DNA of 64,000 nucleotides from assembly GCF_006345805.1 (NCBI RefSeq), contig NC_043000.1:86738001-86802000 (forward strand), in the 5' to 3' direction. Shown here one piece after another: positions 52,844 to 64,000 of this stretch. The position numbers were made by a program, and so were the translations under genes. This DNA is from Octopus sinensis (lineage: Eukaryota). The first letter of the stretch is position 1; every line of letters starts with the position of its first letter. The notes below the pieces were generated by a model, which was given only the letters and a program-made list of their open reading frames with translations, had not been told where the DNA came from and searched no databases.

Positions 52844-55800
52844 GTTATATATAGTAGAATGATGTATAAGAGCCAGTAGCCCTTTATTTCTAATAAGGCA
52901 TTTCTTATAGACAAAATTTTTCAAACTAGCAACCATTGGTTATCCAAAACAAAAAAAAATTTTTTTAAGTGCTTTTTATTTCACATTTTATTATTTGTTA
53001 TCTATTTTTTTTCTGTTATTTCGTAAAGAAACCAGGTAATATTTTCAATAAATTGAATTTGTCAGAAAATATATTTACAAGTGGAGATAATTATTTTAGT
53101 GCTCTTTCTTTTTCTTTCATTCACATACCTTACAAAAATAATTTTGATTATTGTTAGTAAAACACTAAGTTCGAAGAAAATATAACAGCATGATGCTATA
53201 AGACTAATTGTAATTGGTTAAAAAATTGGTTTCAATTATTGGAACTTGACCATGCTTAAGCATCATTTAATAATCTATTACCTCATCCCTGGTTCTCTCT
53301 TATTGACCTTGGAAGTATAAAAGGCAAATTGGAACTGGGTGGGATTTGCACCCAAATGTAAAGAGATGTAACCAAACAGCAATAGTTATTTTGTCTAATA
53401 TATACTGAGATTATTTACTACATAAACAGGTCCTAGTTAAGATTTCACTGAACAGCTAACATTTAGACACTTCATATATAGTTTATTGATGACTGTGAAC
53501 TTGGCAAAATAAAGTTTAATTTAAAAAAAGGAATTGACAGGGACAAAAAGTTGTTGAAAGAAAGATGGATTTAAGCTTTCCTGTATTCTATTTTAAACCA
53601 TTGGAGTAAGTTCAGAACTAAATATAAGATTTTCTATTCAAAACTCTACAAAGATAATAAAATTAAGGTTATTGAACATTAATTTTTCACATTAATATTG
53701 AAAGATTGTGAAAAATAAGACCAATACAATGGAAGGGCAATTAATGTTACTAACTGTAGAAAGATTGTAAAAAATAAGGGTAGTTACATTCATTAAGAGA
53801 AACAGTTGATTGATATGATATAAGATTATCATGTATACATGTACACAGGACTATTTAAATCTGGATAAAGTACTGAGTCCAAAGGAATTGAGAGATTAGT
53901 CATGCAAGGCAGGGTTTAAAATTTTAGGATATAGAGTAATGCATTTATATAAATACAGTATCTTCTATTTCTGTAAAGGTTTCGAAATCAGTAGGTTCAG
54001 GTCTTTTGATTTCTCATCAAGAACTTAAGAAATCTACAAGTCTGTGTTCTTCACACACAAGTCTCTTTGAGAAATTTTCTCTGAGACAGCATATTACAGC
54101 TAGTACCATTCAACATTTGTGTATTCATCGGTATTGTCATTTAAAGCTCTTTCAAGTGCATATATTAAATTATTAATCATATTGATTTTTAATACAGTTT
54201 ATAGTTTAAAATCTAAGATGTCCAGAATGGAATTTTTTTTTTTTGTATTTGTTTTTTCAAAGAAATCCCATATTTCAGTAAAGTTCTGTCAACATTTCCA
54301 AACATTTGCATGTTGCATTTATCATATATTTGTTTAACTTTCTATGAGATTTCAGTATTTGTTAGTAGTTATTTTAATGCTGGTATTAATCTTGTATCAA
54401 TTCATTTATATAAACCTCAGATGCAATAACTTTAGAATAATATTATTGCATTTTGTAAGTATTGAAACCTTTTCCAAATAATTGAAAGAGCTTCAAATAG
54501 GCTTCTTAGGTCAATAAAATGTTCTCATATTAAGTGTGTAAATCAATAGGTTAGTGTTTTCTTTATTGATTGAATAAAATATTTGAATACATTCTTTTAA
54601 AACTAATTTTCTGGTGAACTTATTTTTAAATATATATTGTATTGTCTACAGATATTACATATTATAAAAAATGCCATAGTCTACCAACAATGTAAAAGGA
54701 TAATTTAATACAAAGAAACTTTGCTAATATTTCTTCACTTGTAAATTCAAAACTACTTTGGATATTAACAAATATTTCAATTTTAATTTTACTACATAAG
54801 TATTTAAGATTTCAATAAATAATCTTTTAAAATAAAATGTATTGTAGTCTTGTATCTGTGTGAGAGTTAGTTTAAGTATATCACTATCTTGTAATTGGAA
54901 ATATTTTTTTTAGGTAATTAAAGTTTTTATCAGTTACACCAAAACCACTTTAAAAATTTTTTTTTTCCTTCATTAATTACGAAGTTATATTCATTTAGAC
55001 TATTTCCTATATATTCTTTTGAGTATTGACTGCTAATGGGTGAAGAAGTGTTATTCTTATGAAGTTTTGGAGGACCTGAAATCCCAACAAGGACATTACT
55101 GTAGGTAGGACTACCTCACACTATTTCAGTCACCTTCAGTAACCAATGCTGTTACTCTACATGCATTAACATTAACTTCCTCTATGTGTGGCTTAGCTAA
55201 ACTTAAAATACTCTAGTGCTTGCACTCTACATTTTTCATCAGTAACATTCTTTTATACTTTATCTGTCATGGACAATATTCATCAGAAGTAAATGTCAAA
55301 GGATTTGGTACTAAAGGTAAAAGGTATCTCCTAAACTCAAGACTCATTTTGTTTAAGATGACATTTCACAATAAACTCAGATATTACAGTAATACATATG
55401 TAGATGGTAATAACAAGCCTATATTGGTTTTTTTCCAATTGTGTGATGTTGTAGACTATTTTTATTGATTTTTTTTTATTGCTGAAATTAAAAAATGTCA
55501 TTTTCAGTTATATCATAGTTGGAATATATCTTAGAAAATTTCATTAAATAATAAACTTCAAGCAGATGACATCAACCCTAGCAGTTGTATTTGACCTTTC
55601 ATTTGATAATCAATTAATGTATTAATTATACAAATAATTGGTCATTCTTAACTTTTACTTTTAAATGTCTCTCATCTTTAAAGATTTACTCCATTAACTA
55701 ATAATTTAAAATGTATTTCTAGTTCATTAAATACATTTGTTTGATGTAAAACAACTTTGAATCCTTAATAACACTGTTTTGTATGAGATTGCTAGTTATT

Positions 55801-55915
55801 AATTTTTTTGCACAAATCACATATTCAGTGCAAGTTAATTTATCATCTCTTTTAATTAGAATTATGGAATTGACAATGCATATAACTTTAGTTATCAATA
55901 TTATTAGTAGATTTT

Positions 55916-56126
55916 AAGGTGCTGAGTTGAATTGTTAGCACATCGGACAAAATGCTTAGTGGCATTTCTTCTGACTCTTTACATTCTGAGTTCAAATCCT
56001 GACATGGTCAACTTTGCCTTTCATCCTTTCAGGGATGATAAAATAAAGTACCTGTCAAGCATGGGGGTCAGTGTACTTGATTTTCCCCTTCCCTCAAAAT
56101 TGCTGGCCTTGTGCCAAAATTAGAAA
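55916..56126 (+). mobile_element. tRNA-derived SINE (same family as 36981-37180)
   Basis: GAGTTCAAATCC, GGTCAACTTTGCCTTTCATCC and AAAATTGCTGGCCTTGTGCCAAAAT. Confidence 0.8.
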
Positions 56127-58974
56127 GAACTATTACTATATTTTCTTCAGGAATATTCTACTACATGTCAAAGACATCATCACGTATTGCTTGCTTCCTC
56201 TGTGTCAGATTTATTCTCCGATTTCTATACACACACTTAAGTGACATGCATAAATACTATCATGTGTGAACATATATATTTGTATGTGTATGTATATACA
56301 TATATGCACATGTGTGTGTGTATAATATAAATAATTGTTCAACTTTTTTTGTAAAAAAAGGGAATGGTTTATTATGATTAATCTAATGGAATAAGTGATA
56401 CCTGTGAGTGGGAAGATTAATAATTTTGTAATTTTCACATCTCTCAATTTCTATCAATATTCTTGATTAAAGTCCTTGTCAAAAGAAGACAAAACCATGT
56501 GACTGTTTTAATAATACAACTTGGTAATATGCATGTTTGGTATAATTCTTAGCTTAATTTGTCCAATAATCCATCCATCCAATGAATTTGGCAGTATTAT
56601 TTCATGTTGCTTCTGTTGTCTTAAGCCCACTGTATCACAGCTGCTGTTGTACCTTATTATTTATCTTTCTCCTTTTTTTTTTTTTTGCGCTAAACTTATT
56701 TTACTGTGATGCTCCACTTCTATTATTGCTAATTACTTGCATTGTAAAATTAATTGATCCTTTAAAAGTAAAACATTGTGGGTTACTTTGATAATTATAC
56801 TTGTAGGATTAAATAAAAAATAGATGTTTATTAATGACATCAAATATTTCTGTACAACTAGTATCTTTATCACTCATTTCTACTCTTTGCTTACCCACAC
56901 TATATGCTAACCTGTACACTACCTTCAGGTTTGTCCAGTCTCTCTCCCACTCTGAATTAGCTATTTTCTTCTGCAGAGTATATTCAATTTTTCATTCCCC
57001 TTGGATTATTTTTTAATGGTATATCCTGAAATTGATTTTTTTTCATCTCCCTAAGCAAGAGAATAACTCCAACTTCTCTAATATCTTGAAAGGTTGTGAG
57101 AACTACTTTCAACTGAATCTTCATGTCTTCCTTTTCATTCTCAGTAATCAAAGTAGCTTTTGCAGAGTTTTGCATAAAACCCTCTCATTTTTTTCTTACC
57201 TTTTTCATAAACGAATGTATTTCTTTCATTTCAAATTCCAGTCAGTTATATTGTAACTCCACTATCCTCTGTTACTCATCACCATTTTCCTTTCAACATA
57301 TGTTGTGCTGGGCCACCCCCATATAAATGGCTTTCTTTTCAATCAGCAACACTCTCACTTGATTTAGAAGAAGGTTATTCAAACCAAACTTCTCTTTCAA
57401 TCAGTTGCATCACTATTTCTCACCAACATTTTCATGTCCTTTGCTTCTAAATCTATTAAGTTTTTTGCTTCATTCCTGTGTTGTGTCCTCACTTTATATC
57501 CTTCCTTTAATGTCCTATTGAATTAGTTGATTACTTCTGTTGCAATATTTTATTATTGTTATTACTATACATGTCACTGCTACATCTTATCACCATTAGC
57601 TCATCCATCCAAGGTTGTGTACCAACAATATTTACAATCATTCTTTGTCACATCCCACAACAACACTGCTTTTATGTCTTATGTTCCTTAATTTTTTTTT
57701 TTTTTCGCTTTTTACTAATGTTTTCAGCTCTTCAAAATCAATATGAATCTTATAAATACTTGCACAACAAACCCAAATATTCCACTTCAGGCAAGGTGTA
57801 CATCCCTCTCTCCTTGAAAAAAAAAAGTTTATACAATGCGTAAAAATTATTTTTTGTGTTGATAATAATTATGAAATTATTACGAAATTTGTTTTTTGCA
57901 TTGTTTTTAATTGTTGAAAATTACTTATTGTTGATGTGCAATATGAAAACTGTATTAGCTGGATGTGAGAGTCTTCTTCAAGCAGTGGTTGTAAACAATC
58001 CAATTTACTAAAAGCTAGCTAACAGCAACATTTTGAAAAAGTGTTTTGAAAAATATGCCTATTGTTTCAGTTCATGTTCTCTTTTATTTAAATTATTCTT
58101 TGATTATATATTTAATGAATTGAATATTTTTCTATATAAACAGGAATTTGTATATATCAACAGGCTTTATTACATAAACATTTTCTCAGCAATTAATATA
58201 TATACTCTAACATTTTAAGTCATTTACATGTCATAAATGAAGTAGATTATTTCACTTTCATCATCTTTCTTATAACTGTCATTTAAAAGGCTCTGGTAGT
58301 TGAGTAGAATGAATTTAAATACATGTCTATGTATATAATTATTTATGGTTAAAGTAGCTATAAAACCTTAAGCTCAAGTTTTATATCCTGGTATGTTTAA
58401 TGTAGAGAAAACTGGCCATGTTGGTAGTGTATTGACTTACCAACCAAAAGTTCATATTCTGTAATTGATGTTGTCCTGTCTGTGATCAACACATTTAATT
58501 CTTACCTGTAAATAGTTATCATGAGTTGATAAAATATTTCCCATTGTAAATAGCAGGATTGCTTTGTTTTATTAGATTACTAGTTTGAGTTCTAATTCTG
58601 TAGACCATCTAAAAGCAATGGGGAAAACAATTCTAATATTCTCTTTTTAAGTAATCCTTAAAGATGAGTCGTTGGGGAGTCTCTTATTGTTGCAGTGAAT
58701 CATAGGATTAAGCAAACGTGTAGCAGATGATGAGATAAAATATATATTTATCATTGCCATCCTGAGGTAATTTGTTCTACAAATTTTAAATATTTGCATT
58801 ATTGTTGGTGTGTTGATTTTCACAGCTGGTTCCCATCCTAGCTCACAATGAAGTGGTATTGATATACTGTTAGGTTAACCAAGGCAACAAGAGCCTGGTG
58901 TCTTTACATTTTGTAAGTTTGAATGTGTCAGTTTCCACTTTTGTCATCTTGTAAATTTTGTCATTTATCTAGAA

Positions 58975-60420
58975 TCATTATCATCACATGTAGTTCTATA
59001 CTTGCATGGGTTGGGTGGTTCTTTCCTGTACATCACTTTCCTATTTGTCAGTCTTTTGAATCTCCTTAATGAAGTTTAGCAACTTGTAATTAGCTTTAAC
59101 TCTCCTCCCATATCTTCATATTTTACAGGTTTCTTCCTTTAATTGCCTGGCCCTTGTGTATCCACCTGTCATCTGCATCATATATCCATACTATTGCAGT
59201 CATCTCTCTTACACACTGTAGCTGATTCTTCTTAGTTTTCTCTCCCAAACTATTTGCACTCCATTGTTTATTCACAATAACATTACACATCCAATAGAAC
59301 ATGTTTGCCCTTTCTCAGCATTCATTCAAATTTCAAGTTTTACTACCATGTAACATCACACTTTGTGCACAACTATCATACAATCTCTCTATATTCCTGG
59401 CCTGAGTAATAATTCCCTAGACATTTTTCACCCTGTTCTGTTCTGAGTACTATCCATTAAGAACATTCTCCTCCACACTCCATAGGATATGACAATTGTC
59501 TGATTGTATGAGTTACGAGAAAATACTCTCCTTCGCCAAATACTTTCAACATCTCTGTGATTATCCCTGGTGATCCTGCTGTTATTTTTGTCTTGATATC
59601 TTTAACTATACTTTCAACTATATAGTGATTAACTTCAATAGTTCTCAGTGGTCTAGTGGTCTATTTAAATAAAAAAAAACTTTTTTCCAATCACACTTTC
59701 TATTTAGTAAGTTCTTGTAGTTACATTTCCAAAACTTTTTCTTTTAAGCATCAGTAAGGGCAAGCACATTATTGTCATTCTGTACACTCTTTTCCACAAC
59801 AACTTTAGGATCTATACTGATACACTGTTTTTCAGTCCACAATACCTCACACCTCTGATCCTTTCACATTTCCTGAAGTTAGTGTAGTACATGATTACGT
59901 AATTTTCATCACGCAACTCTAATAAGATCTTTGATCTCTCTTCATCTCTTGTCCTGCATTCATAGCCTCCATATACACCAAACTGTCCATCATAATGTAA
60001 CAACATGTCCATTTAAGTCACCAGCTGTGATAACAAGGTCATTGCCATTCTTTATCAAAGTTGCGTGCAAAATGATGTTTTCTGAAATGGTGCATTGACT
60101 TGATTGTAATAATACACATAAAAATGTTGTTTATGACTCGTGTAAGTTTGATTATTCTGTTATATATTCTAACCTCAATTACTTTATCCATTTCTTTGAC
60201 AATATATCTATTTCATCCTCCTCCCCCAGCACTGTTACTCATCTACAAGAATTTATACCTTCTGCTCCTTTTCTTTGAAAAGTTGCTGAGGCTTCTCTCT
60301 TTTTGTACATGGCACACATTCTCTCACCTCCACTTTAGCATTTCTACAATCTCTCTGAACCTACCTTTCACTACACCAATGTTAAGGGTGACAGCTCTGA
60401 GTTTTTGCACCTGACAGAAA
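58975..60420 (-). mobile_element. Internally deleted RTE-clade LINE (AP endonuclease + RT C-terminus)
   Basis: Minus strand shows LRAVTLNIGVVKGRFREIVEML (endonuclease start), GVYGGY...KILLEL...YTNFRK and RLYDSCAQSVMLHGSKT, with a (GAT)n-type 3' end near 58975. Confidence 0.85.
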
Positions 60421-63400
60421 GAGGAGAGTTTCTGGTGTTGGGTGCCAGCTTGATGTCTATCTTGTTTGTTTGTTTTTTTTTGTTTTTTTATCTGAAACGA
60501 AGAGAATTGATGCAATTATTTGTTGATGATGATTAAGGTTCTCACACAAGGCCAAATATTTCTACCTGACCATCCAAATATGTGCTGCACTAATATGGTA
60601 AGTGTCAGTCTTTTAGATGCAGTTGAGGTTTTACTTTGTAACTATAGAAACTTTGGTATGTTTTTATTATTATTTTCCTTTTAATCAGCCTATCCTCCAA
60701 CACTTTATGACATGGACTGAGAACACTAGAGAGGCAGTCTTTTAGGACTGAAGTGTAACCTCTACACTGTTTCATTGTTACTGCTCTTCATTGTGGCTTG
60801 CAAATTCCTCATCTCATTAGTGCAGTTAGGGTAGTACCTTTTTCATAATCTGATGGAGTTTGTTTGCATTACCCAACTTCCTAGGTTAGTCACACCCACT
60901 ATGACTGTGAAGCCATATCTTCTGTGTTGCATGGAGGGGATCCCAAAGTTTATATAGCACCCCTCACACTCTGAAGGTGTCTATCTCAGGGGGTGAGATT
61001 TATCTGAGGTTGTCAGTAATGAGATTGATGCAGTGGTACTAGGTTAAAGAGATGTTGGAACTGGGAATTGAGGCACTGGGTGAGGTGGGGTGAAAATTTT
61101 TAGGTTAGATTTTAATATATAAAAGAATTAACAGATAAGCATATTACAAAAGATGATCTTAAAGATTAATGATAAACTACCACTGACCCAAGTATATCAA
61201 GTGTAAAACATTGAAAATCGCAGATATTTGTCAAAACTACCAAAATTCTTTAAAACTCTGTGCATTTTTTAAAAGGTATTGCTAAAATATCCAATTTTAA
61301 ACAGGTATCAATTTTTTCTTAAAACTTTCTATTAAATTAATTATTATTCTAAGCTGTATTTTATATTAATTCATTATTAAAGTAACTAAACTTAATCCTC
61401 TTCACCTGCACCTTTTCTCTCTCTCTCGTAGTATTTACATAACTGTATCGATGATATGTATAATAAGAACGACTTCATTGATAAATAGTTGCTTAATTTT
61501 TTCCTTCTACACATTTAGAGGTAAGTAAACATTTCGCTAATTTCAGGTTTAGAGACATTTTCTCGTTTGTGTTCAAAGTTATCTTTCCTGTAACTCCTCA
61601 GTAGTCTCCCTTCATTGAATTATTTCTAAAATTCTATTTTGCCTTTAACAGGAGAGAACATGATCTTTATTTAGTTTGTTAAATACTTACTGCTAGTAAT
61701 ATAATTTTTAAATAATTTAGTTTCCTGTAAAATGTTGATTATGACGATAATGATAATTATAGAAGTTGTACACCTCACTTTTCGAAATGAAAGCCAATTA
61801 ATTTAACTTCAGTTAGCAGTTTGAAAACAAAAGTAATCCTAGTATCAGTTTTTGATAATTTTTTCTTTCTTTTTTTTTTCCCCTCAAGAGAAAATTGATA
61901 TTGTAAATGCTGTAAATATTCAGCAAGTACAAAATGATTCTATTATATCTCCAGAACTATTAATTCACATACCACTTACATCCTTCACTCTGAAATAAGA
62001 GCAAATATTCTAAAACATTAAATGGTTCACAATTTCGTTTTTATTTCTTGAAATCTTAAAATCACTTTTAATCTACCTCATTTGGTTTTTTTTTTTGGTT
62101 TTTTTAACACTTGTGGAAAAATTTTAACTAAATATAAATATTAATTTGAATATATTTCATTTTATGTATTTGTTTCTTTTTCACTACTTCCTTTATTTTA
62201 CTTTTTTAAATTTCTAAAGCCATATTTCTAAAAGTTATGTTCAAAACTAATTTTAATTCTAAAATGAAGAAAATTTCTCATAATTTATTTCTTTATTTCT
62301 TAAAAATAAAGTACAAGTATATAATGAAGACTAATTACAATTGTTTCTTTAAAAACTTTTGTCTCTCAGCTGTTAGATTTATTTTAATAATTAATAACTA
62401 AATATATTTCAATAATGTTCCGAATAATTTAATTGACTGAATTTTTAGCAGTCTGTCTTAATTGCCAGATGGAGATATGAATGAATGAATAAATTATAAA
62501 AGATTCGTATTTTTGAAGGGCTAGAAATTTTCATAAGTTATCGATTTTTACCCTTTAGCAGTGATCCTTTATCCTTTAATTAAACAGTTATATTGTTAAC
62601 AAAATATTCCAGTTCAATTTTCAGTTGTTTACTCCTCTGATTGATATTATAATTAAAAATGACAAACTCAAAGACAAACTTTATTCAGAATATTTTTCAT
62701 TTATCAAATATTATCTTTGGTATTTTTGTTTTTTTATTGTCATGCTTTTGAGTTGTTGTTTTTTTCCATTTCTTAATCCTCTTTTAAAAAATAATATAAT
62801 GTTTAGCTGTTTTTTGTTTATCTGTATTATCATTATCAGACATTAATGATGTCTACACTTTACTCTTTTACTGCTTTTGTCAATTCAACATTGTGAAATA
62901 TTGATCATATTCTTTTGTTGCCTTGTACCTGCTCGACAACAATGTCTAATTCTGTATACACATCATTATTCATATTTTTAAGAAAAAGAAAAAGACATGA
63001 ATAAAAAGACATTTGTTTTTAATCTTGTTTTTTGTTGGTTACTTAATTCTAGAAAGGTGTCTTTCTATTTCATTTTAAAATATTGTTCTTAATCATAATT
63101 TAGATATGTAGGAAACTTGGTTTGCTGTAAGTTTACTCATTCCACAAGAGACAATAGAATTGCTATCAAAATGCTTTGAATTCTTAATCCCTGAACAAAA
63201 TCAAAAGTTACGGTTTTAGGAATGTGTGACAACTGTAGAGCTTAAGTTGGAATTGAATTCAAATCTACATTTGTGTGTACAACTCTTATTTGCTTCGCTT
63301 CACCTAGTTCTCATGAATAAGTATCAGAACTTAGGGAAATTACCTGCAATGGAGTATTATACTATCCAGTTTCTCTTTTATCTGCTTAACACTTTAGAAA

Positions 63401-64000
63401 TGAAAATTTATTACTGGTTCTCTAAATTCATATGGTTAGTAAAAATATATATTTCGAATATATGACAATTTTTGAGGCTTTAAAAAATGTGTCCCAATTT
63501 GAACTCCTGCCCAGTGTATAATTTAAACTACTGATTTATAGTGGAAACTTATATTGTGTAATAATTAACAGACATCACTGTCATACAAGCAGTGTCTTTC
63601 ATCTGTAATCTTCCATGAAAATATATCTTGCCATTGTACTGTTCATATTCAAAGGATTAGGATATAAATATTACCTTACTTAGAGACAAGAGAGTGTTGG
63701 CAACAGAAAAGGCAACTAACTGCAGAAAATCTACCTCAGGGAATTCTATCTGACCCATGCAAGCTCAGAAGAGTGGATGTTAAACAATGATGATTATGAT
63801 CAAGATCCAAATATCAAATTTAGTATTTTACAAAAACCTCAAATTTAAGGTTAATTTTTTAGTTTTGAATACCAGCTTATTTGCTAATAATCTTGTTTAT
63901 AAAATATTATTAGATACAATGTTTATTCAGCAGCAGCATCACACTGTTTTCATTTGAAATTTGTTCATCATCTGACTCATAATAATTGCTGGTATGTCCT

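Overview
This is AT-rich, microsatellite- and SINE-dense eukaryotic DNA whose repeat families resemble those I associate with Octopus (coleoid cephalopod; inference). It is almost entirely intron/UTR. Only two convincing coding exons are present, both on the + strand: 12837-13210 and 45782-45999. Each follows a phase-1 pyrimidine-tract/AG acceptor and begins with its own version of the last beta-strand of the P domain of a furin/kexin-type proprotein convertase (LLDWVLVLYGTDRHP vs LREWVLVILGTKEHP). Each then runs to a stop with a completely different tail: a Thr/Ser-rich stalk with dibasic sites, or a short hydrophobic anchor. The best reading is mutually exclusive alternative 3' exons of one large furin-like gene whose catalytic exons lie upstream of the window. 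A 100-N gap at 28220-28319 lies between the two exons, so their linkage is unproven. The rest comprises decayed Penelope-like, RTE and CR1/L2-group retroelements, several tRNA-derived SINE families, long (TA/CA/TG)n arrays and a few hairpins. One hairpin (51458-51535) is pre-miRNA-like. Nearly all ORFs in the supplied track are microsatellite or chance artefacts. All family assignments are from recalled motifs, not database searches.
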